64,000 bases of DNA from Octopus vulgaris. Taxonomy: Eukaryota. Below, in pieces: positions 12,189 through 24,790 of this stretch. A model generated the notes under the pieces. That model searched no databases and was not told the DNA's origin. It saw only the letters and a list, made by a program, of their open reading frames with translations. The position numbers and the translations under genes are program-made. The stretch lies in NCBI GenBank assembly GCA_951406725.2, contig OX597821.1, forward strand, positions 48,422,001 through 48,486,000, read 5' to 3'. Numbering within the stretch: position 1 is the stretch's first letter; every line of letters starts with the position of its first letter.

Positions 12189-12220
<32 letters not shown>
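12067..12220 (+). repeat. SINE family A internal fragment followed by (TACA)n/(CA)n
   Basis: ggtagacagaaactgaaagaagcc followed by expanded tetranucleotide repeat. Confidence 0.75.
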
Positions 12221-12221
<1 letters not shown>

Positions 12222-12229
12222 TGTCATTC

Positions 12230-12820
12230 ATGTTAAGGAAGTCTGAAGGATATCTCACTGGTTCACAAGGAAACAGAAATACCAAAATTACACACTGTTT
12301 CTTTGTGGATGACTTAAAACTTTATGCAAAGAATATGCATGAGATGAAAAAGAGCCTTGACCTAATTACAACATTCTCAAAGGATGTAGAGTTGGAGTTT
12401 GGTCAGGATAAATGTTGTTATATAGTTGTGAAAAGAGAGAAAACTATAAACCAGACTAGTAACATCTCCATCAATGATTTGACTGTTTCCCTCTGCATCT
12501 GATGAGCAATGTTACAGGTATCTAGGGATGGATGAAAATATCTCTTACAATGGCACCTGTAACAAAACACATGTCACTAAAGAATATTATACCCAAATAA
12601 AGAAAAGTTGGACCTCAGAACTCTCTGCATTCAATAAAACAGTGGCCCACAATGTGTTTGCAGTGCCAGAACTCATACCAACATTTGGGCTGCTTGATTG
12701 GACGCTTGATGAGATCCAAGCCATTTATGTGAAAACCCAAAAAATACTAACAAGCATGCATAATTTCCAAATAAACAGTGATGTAGATTGCCTCTACCTA
12801 AAACAAAAAGTTTATCTTGA
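12230..12820 (+). mobile_element. R4/Dong-clade non-LTR retrotransposon RT fragment (pseudogenised)
   Basis: KITHCFFVDDLKLY (RT YxDD-equivalent), FGQDKC, YRYLG, NKTVAHNVFAVP..FG..DW...SDVDCLYL; stop at 12500. Confidence 0.8.
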
Positions 12821-15800
12821 AATAAAACTGAATAATGACATATGCATACAGACACATATATGTGTGTGTGTATATATGTGAATATATGTTTGCTACCTTT
12901 ATATTTTCTTAACCCTGTGATCTTACATCTTCCTTTCTGCACATGAAGATATGCAGGTGTGTACATGTACGTGCACACTTATGGGGATACTATAGTTGCA
13001 CAATGATTGTATGTGCATGCATGTGGATATACGGGTGCATAGTTTTACTGTTAAGTAGTAATCCACCAATTTACCTCCAGCTGCTATGTTCTCCTAATGA
13101 CAAGTAATTTTATCTCCCACCTCCCTCTTCTCCTAGCAAATTCACCTTACCTCCACTCCTAAGCATTCAACCTCTTCTCTTCTGTTTCTTCTCATTTTCG
13201 CCATTTCATTTCTAAATTTTTTTCTTTTCTTTTTATTCTGTCTAAATGTATATACATGGATGCCACAATATATTTATTTACTATTGACATAGTAAAGTAA
13301 CCCCAGCTTAATATTCACAATGACCTTCCTCAAAAGTCAGTATAAATCTAACTGAAATTCCCTCTTCTTCCCCCTCTTTCTTTATTCTTGACTTATTTAG
13401 TGTATTGCACCATCCAACCTTCATACTAAATAGAAACAACTCTAGAATCTAAGGAACTGATGAATATCTGTATTGACAAACAATGGTAATAAAATCAAAA
13501 CGAGTTTGTAGGTGTCAATAAGTAGATTCTCCTGAAAAGTGAATAATATTTTCACTTCTGTTTCATGACTTCACTGATAAAAGATTTTAAACTGAAAAGT
13601 CAAATATTCCTTTCTTTATAGCAGCAAAACTTATTGATGTCTACAAACTGTCATGTTTCATCCTATCAGCTTTTCCCAAAAATAGCAACTCTAGAGGATT
13701 CCCTACCAACCCATATTTTCTATACAGAGTTAAGCTGTTAAAGTTCCAACTGCATATTAATCTCATTAACTTTAGTATTCATTTTCCTAAGTAAACATTA
13801 GCAGTAATTCCTTATGAAATGTGAACCATGTGTATTCTTTTCATTGTTCTATATACTTTATTACTAATTAATGGTTACCAACTGCAAATACTGGAATAAC
13901 ATAACTTAAAACCATTATCATGTCAAATCTTCCAACTAAACATAAACAGCGCCCAACTAGAAACTTTCTAATCATTTTAAATAGTAGGGTTCATTGTGAA
14001 TTCCCCCTGGCAAACACAGATCCTCAGCATAGCAAAGACTTCATTTGACAGACTGGCCTTTCTCTCAGAAAATACTTTATCCTTGACAACTACTAATCTT
14101 CCTGAAAGTTCATATGAGACACAAACAGTCAAGTACTGCATCCATAGTTTGGATAGCACTGCTGCTATGTACACAGACATCAGAAATCACTTTCAATGAA
14201 CACGGACATCCTAGGCCACACAGATATCCTAGATCACACTTATAACCCACTCCACATACAATGAAAGACAAATATGTTGCATTTGCAACACTCTCTAATC
14301 TCTAATCTAGAGAAGAGGCATTTTTGTTTTTTCTAACACTACTACAATGGTTTATGGCAGCCAGAGCTAACTGGCCTAATGTCATCTCCCCTCTTTTAAC
14401 CACCAATATCATGATTTCTGTGAGAAGGAATTTCTAGTAACACTCTACTGTTGGGAGAACTTACTAGTTGCTAGGTTTTGAAAGCCATCCACTCCATTCC
14501 AGCATGGAAAAATGGTCGTTAAATTATGGTGGTGACAATGATGATGATGATGATGATGACGACATTAATCATGAAGGGAAAGAAAATCTAAGTTCTGAGA
14601 TCGATTCATTCAACTAAAAATTCAAGATAATGCCCCAGCATGGAGACAGTCTAATCCTTTAAACAAGTAAAAGACAAAAGATACTGTTATGGTAAAGAGA
14701 GACATTATAAAGGTTGGAGGGGGGGGGTGATGTTAATTATAAAACGGATCTTTAAAATGACAATCATGCAATTATCTAAAAGCTCCATTATGAAAATCAT
14801 TTTGGAGAGAAGCTTTAAATATAAAAATCCGCAGAGTGTTCTGTTTGGGCAACAGAAAAGTGCTTTATGTAGTGGCGTATTTAGTTATATCCTTCTATAT
14901 CCACATTCCACTGGGATCATCTTCACTGTTAATCAGTACTGTTAAGTTAAAAAAAAAAAAAACAGATACCAGTAACATTGTATCAACTGAATATTCCATT
15001 GTCTTTTCAGAAATTGGCTTGGTACCAAAGTTAAAAATTAATATAAAAGATTTGCAAATATCCGCACTCAGATTCTCAGATGCAATCATTAATAGCTAAA
15101 AGGAAAAATTAAAATGGTCAAGAATTGACTGCCAATAGTAACCTTACCATATTAATAAATTATAACAATTTTGTTAATTCAAGATGACCAACATAGAGAA
15201 GACTGAATCATCCAAACCATAGTCTGAGAAAAGAACAACAGCATTAATTACAATAGCTTTACTATTATGGAACTAAAATTTCTCAAGAGAGATAAAAATA
15301 GTCTAGAATATATTGTTCTTGTACTTGTCTATTTATCTTCCAGGTGTTTAGACTCAGTTGCAACAAAAGCAAAATAATTAAACAATAACAAGAAGTAGTA
15401 TCTCAATAATTTCAACTCCAGACAGTGTATTATTTCAATTTAATTTTGTACTAAAAGCAAGTGATACAATGGTGATGAGGGTAAACTACTGTTTAAACCT
15501 CATTCATGAGTTCAAATGAAGTTTATTATATAACTGATAAACAATGCCTGACACATAACTAAGTATTCTTAAATCTCGCTAACAATACATAATACAGACA
15601 TGCTCTTGTGGTTAAGACATTCACTTTACAAAATCTTCAACACCAGCAGAATACTAACATATTCATTTCATTCAGATGTTCAATTTACAATTTGTTTTAT
15701 AATGACATGGGTTAGAATAACACAGCAAGAAACCTTGAGCAAGTTTCTTTTACCAAATTCTAAGTTTGGCCCACGATTTGGAGTGAAATTCATCAGACAA

Positions 15801-16061
15801 AGTCTGTGCAGGAGACAATGAGAAGACCTACACCTGCTCTTTGGTAATAGACTTAATTTTCTACCTGGACCATGAGTGTTTTTAGTGGAATCTATTAAAT
15901 GTATTGTGGCCAAGGACTCAGCAGATTAGTCAATGTTTAAATATGTGGTTTCTTACAATGGCACCATACAAATAAAGGTTTCTAACTACTATTCCACCAA
16001 TTATTTGGGATACCCTGTGAAAGGTAAATGATGCTTCTTTCTCCTCTTTAAATGGTATTCT

Positions 16062-16515
16062 TCTATTCTTTCATTCTTTTACATGTTTCTGTCATTTGAT
16101 TGTGGCCATACTGAAACACTACCTTTAGTCGAATGAATCATCCCTAGTACTTGTTCTTTGTAAGCCAGGTACTTACTCTATTGGTCTCTTTTGCCAAACT
16201 GCTAAGTCACAGGGATGTAAAACACCAACGTCGGTTGTCAAGTGATGGGGCGGGGGACAAACACAGCTACACAAATATATACATATATACATGTGTGTCT
16301 ACAATTGTGTGTCTGTGTTTGTCCCCGACCATTACTTGACATCCAATGTTGGTGTTTTTACGTCCCCGTGACTTAGTGGTTCAGCATAAGAGACCAATAG
16401 AGTAAGTACCTGACTTACAAAGAAATAGTACTGGGGTTGATTCGTTCGACTAAAGGTGGTGTTTTAGCATGGCCCTAGTCAAATGACTGATGCAAGAAAA
16501 AGAATAAAAGAATGA
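16062..16515. mobile_element. Two inverted 3' halves of SINE family A joined at the central microsatellite
   Basis: 16062-16275 (minus) and 16305-16515 (plus); neither has a tRNA head. Confidence 0.85.
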
Positions 16516-16996
16516 AAGGATACTAACATTAAAAAACTTTTATTGCTGAAAGTTTAATGGTAAATAAAGCATCAAAGTGTAAAGATTTTTGGTCAACGTA
16601 AAAATATCCAAACTTTTAAGACAATTCCATTTACATTGGCACAAGAAATATTGCATGAAGTAATATTAAAACTTTAATACAGATTAAGAAAGAAAAAAAA
16701 CATTTCATCCATCTACCAACTGTGTATTTGAACAAATATTAGTCATTAAAATAAACATGTGCATACATAAAATAGGAAAGTTTTTTTCATTTTTGCGTAT
16801 AAGTTACAAAATTTTTCCTGTAATTTTTCAGTTAAAAATAAGAAGCAGAGTTTCACCTCTTTTATACATATTTCAAATTTATGTCACATCTGTAGGATTA
16901 TGAAGCGAGTTGAAGGAAAAAGAAATTTGGCCTGATTTCGAGAGATGTTGCATTTTATTGGTATACATAGATACATGTGTGTATGTGTGTGCGTGT

Positions 16997-17036
<40 letters not shown>

Positions 17037-18447
17037 ATAAATATATACTAACGTTTGCATACACACACTCACACACACTTACAGACACTCACATATAAGT
17101 CTGTGTATTATTTATGAGTGCGCATATATGTGTAGATGACATGACAGTGAGGTAAATGATGGTGATGCTCCTTTATGCTTCTGCACTTTGAGCTATTAAA
17201 GTGTTTTTCTATAAAGTTGTGCATTTGATATCCAACTGAGTAGGGGTTCTGATAAATTGTCTTTCAAAGTGGAAAACAATTTATCAAAAGTGGTAAAAAA
17301 GAAAGATTTCTACATTTTCCTTCCTTTTCAACAATTCCTGAAAATGTAGTATTTGAGCTAAAAATGCAAATGATCCCTATATCTCTGAAACTATATTTCT
17401 GCCAGTGTTTATCACAAGTCTAAAGATAAAAGGTTTTGCATAATCAAAACAAATACAATCTTTTTCTTATCTTCCACAAAAATGAATACAAAGTTGTGTT
17501 TTCAATAAGAAATATTGCTTTATGCAGCAATATTTCATGTAGATTTTTAAAATGTGTTTAGCAATTAAAGAACGGTTCGTTATGTTTGGTTTTATCTCAG
17601 AAGAGAGAAGTACAACTGAGAAATAGTAAAATATCTTTGTTATTTCTCTTACAAGTAATGGATTGATATCCAGATACCTTGGCTGGGCATAAAATTTTTT
17701 CAATCTTTATTTGCAAAATTGATATTAGATACCCATGATGAACTTACTCTCAGAATACCATTCTCAGTTTATATGAGACAACTGCTATATTTACAACCAA
17801 ACATGGCTTTAAAAAGCCAATTTAAATGTATTGATATTCTCTTTGTCTTTTTTTATTTTTTTCCATTAACATTTCATCAATCAAGATTGCTGCAGAGAAA
17901 ATGATAGATAGGAATTATGTAATATTATTTTCCTTTCTGTTCTAAGCTCACATCCGACCAGTTTTACTTTCAACGCTGCAGGATCAATAAAATAAAATGC
18001 ATTAAAACACTGGAAATCACTTCAATCAACAACACCCCTTTTTGCCAATATTTTATTTTACATAACCAAGCAAAAAAGTTAATATTTCTATCAGTTAAAG
18101 AAGAGAAGTATTCCAAATTTAGTAATTAACAGTGTCCATTATTATTTATACCTGAAGAAGAGAACAGATAATGCCAAGTGAGAAGGAAATAAGTGCACAC
18201 TCTAATACAGCTCCACACTAGACCACCACCACCACAACCGCCACCACCACCGCCACAACCACAACCACCACCACCACACCAACATCACACACCAGCAACA
18301 TACACCACACTGCACTATATCAATATTGCAATATGTGAGATAATACCGTGATAAAATTTGTCCAATCCTTGTTGAATAGTTTATTCTTTACTTTCATGTA
18401 TAACAGATAAACATTAATTGATTATTCTTAATTTTACAAGTCTGATA

Positions 18448-19515
18448 ATGAGTGGTCAAAAAATTTCCGTTAGAGCCATTTTACACTACCTGTGGAAAAA
18501 AGGACTGACTGCAAGGGCAGTAGCAAAAGAAATTAATGATGTGGAAGGCCTAGGGATTGTCAATGAATGTATGGCACAAAACTAGTTCAAACATTACCCG
18601 GTAGGTTGCACCAGCCTTGGAGACAAACCAATGTCTAGAAAACCTTCTGTTGTGGAAGATGGGGGTTTGCTTAAAATGTTTGAATAGCCAAGCACAAGCA
18701 TTCATACATTGTTGGCAGAGCTTGCTCCTTCACAAAGTACCATCAATCAATACCTCCATATTCTCAGCCTTGTGAACAGACGTTGTCAAAAAATTCCTCA
18801 AGAACTGACCAATGAATAGGCTCAATGACTCATGAATATTAGCAAACATTTGTGGGCAAATAGTCAAGATACCCATTTTATGAGTCAAATTGCAACTGGG
18901 GATGAAAAAAGAGATTAGAGAAATTAGTGGCTTCACTCTGGCCAGGCTTCAAAACCTGATGTCAAACTAGAGTTGTTTGAACAGAAGGTCATGTTGTGTT
19001 TGGTGGAATTTCAAGGGTGTTTTGAACTTTGTGCTTGTCCTAGATGGTTATGCCATGAATGTTAACCTTTATGCTCAGCAACTGCAGTAAGTTTATGTTT
19101 TAAAAGTTTGCTACTTGGCATCAGTCAATCAAAGATGTACACTCCTATAGCACGACGATGCCCTGGCACACACTGCCAATGCGACTTAGTGCAAACTATA
19201 AGGATTGGAAGTGTTACCTCATCCTACCTATAGTCCAGATCATGCACAATCAGATTACCACCTTTTACAAGCTGTGACTAATTTCTTGCATGGATGGCAG
19301 TTTAACAGTGTGGATGAAGTTGAAAATGGTTGTATGGAGTTTTTTGCCTCTAAACCAGCTAATCAGTATAAGTGTGGAATTGAGCTACTGCCACAACAAT
19401 GGCAACACATTATAAACATGATGAGATATATTTCAATGAATAAACACTTTTTGTATATAATTTGTAAAAACTATTAAAGTTCAAAATATGGAAAAACTTT
19501 TGATTCGATCTAGTA
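18448..19515 (+). mobile_element. Decayed mariner (D,D34D) transposon
   Basis: MSGQKISVRAILHYLWKKG..., KIPQELT (WVPHEL-like), IATGDEK, HDDA..H, HPTYSPDHAQSDY (YSPDLAPSDY-like); many stops. Confidence 0.88.
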
Positions 19516-19983
19516 TAAATATATTTAATTGGTTCACAATTAAATATCTAAATTGTATCGCACTCAACATTCAACAGTAATTGTAAAATTCTTTATAATC
19601 CTTGGTTAAATCAGCTTATAACGCATGACTTTTTGGAGAAGGTAACAAGAGAAACCACACCAATGTACAGTTATTCAGGCACTTTGAGAGTGTCTTAGAA
19701 AGTGCTACCTAGATGTTTTAGCTAATAGTTCTGCCCCCTTTCATTGTGGCTTTTAATTAAAAGTAAAGATATACGCTTCAAATTTATGAAAGAAATACTG
19801 GTCAATCTCCATTGGAGACCATATCACTATTTCTGACCATTTTTTTCTAAATATCTTAATCTGTTATTGACCAGTTCCAATGAGAAACTTACCACTAACA
19901 GATTTGTATTATATCAAATTGCATTGTGTCAATGGACACTGATCGCAAATAAATCATGCTTTATATATATACATATATATCTA

Positions 19984-20049
<66 letters not shown>

Positions 20050-20892
20050 TGTAGATTCAAATGAATATGGTACTTAAGCTAGATGCACCAGAATTTTGTA
20101 TGGTGTTATCCATATAAATCCATAGGGTGATTATAATCAAAATAAGCAACAAGAATATCTTTGGTAATTCGGTACGATCGTTTCATGCTTCATCATTTTA
20201 TTAAACATTGTAAGTATTACAACAGTTTTAAAATGTTGAGCAATCATCAGCCATTTATAGAGGTTTCCCATCAATACATATACTTATTTTCATGTTAATT
20301 GATAACATTATAAAGAGGGTAGATATATATATACAGAGATGTTGATTTGAAGGTTAAGAACATTAAGGTATTAGAATTCTTTAAGTTATATGGAACTGCT
20401 AGAAAGTGGGGAGGGATATTCAGTTGAATGGAGACAAAAGAGATTTTCTATTTATAGAAGTAGGTAGGAGTGAAATAAATGGCAGAAGTTATTCCTAGAG
20501 AAATTAAAATAGAAAGGGGATTATAATGCCTTAGATATTGTTTATTGCTATTTGGCAAACAGATTTTGTATCAAGAAAACTAGGTCAATGCTAAATGGTC
20601 ACAATGACCAACTATATACTAAAAAGTTATAGAAAATACAGAGATTCCTTTACACTAATACAAACATATTCAAATATGCATCAGCTTTGTGGATGAATGT
20701 ATACTTTTAGGCGCACGCACATGGATGTGCAGGTATGCATGTGTAGGTATGAACATGCGCGCTTATGCGAATACTATGAACTTTTTTACCCCCTTACTTA
20801 GCGGTCATTCAAATAGCTCTTTTATCTTAATAACGGTCAATCACACAGTAATTTCCCTTTGTATAACAGTCATTTTTCATAGCATTTTTCTG

Positions 20893-20966
20893 ATGGCCGG
20901 ATAACTGAAGAGATAGTGGCGTGGATTTGCACCTCGGCATCCAAAACTCGGAGTTTTATCATGGCT
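20893..20966 (+). ncRNA. Degenerate hammerhead motif in Penelope-like terminal repeat (element ~20690-21065)
   Basis: GAUAA-CUGAAGA-stemII-C[A]AAAC-UCGGA-GUU-UUAUC, with stem I extension uggcc/ggcua; G12 is replaced by A. Confidence 0.45.
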
Positions 20967-21062
20967 ACCGAATAACTGTCACATATTACATTTACAGATA
21001 AATTCCTCTATTTACATAATATCGAGGTCTCTTTCTTTCTTTTGTTGTCTTACCATTTTTAT

Positions 21063-21108
<46 letters not shown>

Positions 21109-21784
21109 GCATATTACATATATGCATGTGTGTGTGTGTGATTAAAACTGATGCACAGACTGTGCACTAAACATCCAACTTTCATTTTCACCTTTCAACT
21201 GGCATCTAACCCAGGAATATTATTTCTAAGTCTTTATTGATTTCTGTTATCTGTCTGCAGATTAATGAAGAAGGAAATGTGTAGAGATATATTTTCATTC
21301 CATGTCTCTGTCTCCTATGAATGATTGCTGTTAAGCAGAATGATGGTGCATTTGCTGTGAACTTGATTGAACATTGTCAAAACTTGGTTTAATGGCCAAA
21401 CTCTCTGATTTAATACCATGCTTATGTTGATTCAGCCTTTTCTCTTTAGAATAAATATCCAATAAATATACTGCGTTTCAATATGTATTCAGGGAACAGG
21501 ACTAAATATCTCCCCTCATTATTGATATTTGTTCTACATTTTCTGCAATTCTTTTACTGGAAGCAGATTATGTCAGGTGAGTATAAGATATTTATGCATA
21601 GCAAAGCAACGGTTAAGTTTTGCTTCCCAAACTTTGTTACATCAGGTACAACGCATGCACTCCAACACTGTTTACATGTGTGAATGTGTGTGTGAGTGTG
21701 TGTATGACATATACATATACATTTGCACATATACACAATAACACACAATGACACACACACACACACATACATATATATTGATTT

Positions 21785-21992
21785 TAAATTTTGGCTCAAG
21801 ATAAGCAGTTTTGGCAATGGTTTTAATTTGGTCACATTACCCCTAGTGTTCGACTGGTAGTAATTTTGTCAACCCCAAAAGGATGAAAGGCAAGGTTGAC
21901 CTTGGCAGAATTTGAACTCAAAACATAGAGACAGACGAAATACCACTAAGTATTTTCCTCATGTGTTAATGATTCAGCCAGATCGCCACCAT
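21785..21992 (-). mobile_element. SINE family B
   Basis: ggatgaaaggcaaggttgaccttggcagaatttgaactca...tcgccacc. Confidence 0.8.
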
Positions 21993-22299
21993 AAAACACA
22001 CACACATATTGCAAACATGACTATTCAATTTGTTCATCCCTGAGTATCAGACATTTACATTTCATTTCAAACAATAAAGTTCCCAAATCCAACTCTATCA
22101 TTAATTTTTCAAGACTACCTCAACCTTATCTTCAGGATATTGAATGGATTGAGCTTCTGCACTGCTTTTTGCAGAACCCTTATATTTATATTGATTATTC
22201 AACTAAAACTTGGCCATTAAAGCATTAGTGTGTTATATCATTGGATTTACACTAGTAAAATATGTTATATGTTGACTGTAGCAATATTAGTGTTATGAT

Positions 22300-22790
22300 A
22301 TTAGTATTGCTTCCAGAATCTATCATCTGTTTCTGTGGTGAATTCTATAAAAAATGGAAGTGTTTTCTGAAAATATTTTCTTATGTAGCTTTGATTTATG
22401 GTGTGTAGTGTAGGTAGTAAATTGCAATCATTCTTTGTTATAAATGCATGTTAAATCTATATGTAAGTGTTATACTTATCTGACCCGTGTAACAGTAGAA
22501 AATGCGCTGTTTGTAACTTGCATTGTTATGCTCAAATTTGTAAATTATGTTGGCCATTCTAAGTTTGTTTCCAGGTTTACAAGCTTGTGGTGTGTTTTAA
22601 TAAGGAAGGTTTTTATCTTATTTTTGTCATATATTCGTGTCAGTTTATGGTTTGGTGTGATGAGTTTTGTATTTTGCTTTATGAGACTTTTAATCATGTG
22701 TTTGTCTGTTGTCTAACTAGTATGCATTTGGTTCATATAGAGTGTTCAGGCTAAATTTGATGATTCTTTTTTAAATTTCCATTTTCAGAA
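22300..22790 (-). mobile_element. Highly decayed Penelope-like GIY-YIG region
   Basis: Minus strand gives NIIYKF...CYTGQISITLTYRFNMHL, resembling the GIY..YIG..R...H signature. Confidence 0.45.
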
Positions 22791-23044
22791 ACAGCTTGAT
22801 GTATTGGTGAACAGTCAACAGTATCTGAGAAGAATAAAGATTAAAGTTGTAGTTGAGAAAAAGTTAGCGGACATGGAGAACTGGAATCCATTTAGATATT
22901 GGAAAAGAGTAACCGATATTATGATGATTTTACTGGGTATCAAAATGCCAACTTGTGCTTGATGATCTGTGAACATTGTAAAGGCAGTAAGATGTAATAT
23001 GGACAGTTGCAGTGGAGACAACAAAGCTATGACCAACAATTGGT

Positions 23045-23581
23045 GAACAGGGCCTTAGGTTCAATTCAAATGCCCATGTGAAACTGCTGGAAACTGTAGT
23101 CAAATCCTGGCTGGAGAGGGTTGCTGTTTCAAGGCCACATGTATAGCAGCAGGATTCGGCTCCTTGCCATACCTCCAGAAAGAGTAAGAAATGGTTGTCA
23201 AATAATTTCTACAACTTCACCAGCCCCAATTTCCGGCCTCTCAATCCTCTTGATTGTAAGCACATGGATTACTATGTGTGGGGTGCAGTTGAGAATGACA
23301 CCAACCATTCTGCTTGCAACAGCAAGGCTGAGCTGGTGGTCAAGATTAAGGGGGTGTTCATAAGTCTTCCTAGGGATACAGTGAGGAATGCATGCACCAG
23401 GTTTCAGAATCATCTTGATATTGTTGTGGAAGCTGAGGGCACCAATTTTGAGTAAACTATATCTTCCAGCCATAATCTAGTTGATATTTTTTGATTTTCT
23501 AAAATACTTTTATTTTTGGATAGGATATTCTTTTTTCCACTTTGTGTTATGCAAACTGTCATATTTAGCCCACACACTGTA
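23045..23581 (+). mobile_element. 3' part of DD37D (maT-type) Tc1/mariner transposon
   Basis: QQD-SAPCHTSR...NPLDCKHM-DYYVWG with exactly 37 residues between the two Asp; ORF end followed by a terminus ...cacactg|ta. Confidence 0.85.
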
Positions 23582-24599
23582 TATTACACACTTTGTGTGT
23601 AATATGTGAATTTTTTTGTAGGAGTACTATCTCTTAGAAAGTATTTAAGGGGCTTGGGAGGAATTCAAATGATAGGAATTGATGTAAATAGAAAAATATA
23701 TTAGGATACACAGAACATACATGAAGACTTAAAGAAATATGTCCAGAAATATGAAAACTAGAGCCATAGATAGAAAACTAAATAAAAAGAAGAATGTCCA
23801 GTATTATATTTAGATTAAAGAATCTGAATAAAGACAAATAAAAATAGGATCTCATCCTGAGTAAGGTTAAAAGTGCAATAATTGCGATCAAGTGATGATG
23901 ACTGCTAATACATGTTTGTATAGGACATTAAAAAGAAAAATGGTCCAGCTTACTAGATTAAATTACAAAATATCCTATCTATGTATATGGATAGAAGAAG
24001 AAAATGCGTAAGGATTTGAGTTTAGTATGAACAGATTGTCTCATTACATGTGTATAACTGAAGTATTTGTAAAACAGTTTAGAGATGATCTTTGACAAAG
24101 GTCCTCTCTAACCTGACAAAGGGTTATAAAAGTGGTTTATGAAGTGAATGCAATGTATTTCCATAATTTTGATTAAACATAATATCCAGTACTTCAGGGT
24201 GGTTACTGTTTTATATTACTTGGAGAGTTAATTATAGGCTGAGAGTGTCTAAAAGCTTTAAAGAAGATGTGAGCCCAAGATGAAAATAAATTTAGTAGAA
24301 TTACAAAGAAAATATCTATTTAAATAGTCAGAAAAGTGAGATGGCTAAGGGTTGCAGTGGCAGCTTACATTGAAATACAACTTAAAATACTGAATACAGG
24401 ATAAAGACTTATGGAAACATTCAGCACTGACTGGGAAGTTGTTGAAAAGTTACATCATTGCTTTGATTGATTATGAAAGAGTTTGTTATTTTCTAAAACC
24501 CTCAAAGTTTTATGTAAGTAAAAAAATTTCTTTACTCTTAACTGTGCAACAGCTGAAAGGTCTTGAGTATAAATTTTCAGCAGAGTGCCCTGCTCTGTG

Positions 24600-24790
24600 A
24601 TAAGGTGATCTCTGAGGAAGCTATGGATAGACAAATGGCTAACAGGAGTGCTGTTAGTAAGGTAAGAATTGGCCATGGCTACACTGATGAATTAGTGTGC
24701 AGGTAGGTGTTTATCAAGGGTCAGTCCTCAGCCCCACCTCCTATTCATTATCATCCTCCAGGCCATAACAGAGGAATTTAATCCTGGTTG
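24600..24790 (+). mobile_element. RTE-type RT fragment
   Basis: SAVSKVRIG..., VGVYQGSVLSP.LFIIILQAITEEF (QG..LSP.LF motif), frameshifted. Confidence 0.7.

Noticed and set aside
13600-14200. Possible L1/Tx1 endonuclease remnant on the minus strand
   Set aside because: Only faint motif resemblance (GRLVVV, WNFN); cannot be supported without a search
15600-15845. Exon-like segment with acceptor at 15675
   Set aside because: Sequence resembles a very old SINE family A copy (ccttgagcaagtttctt...)
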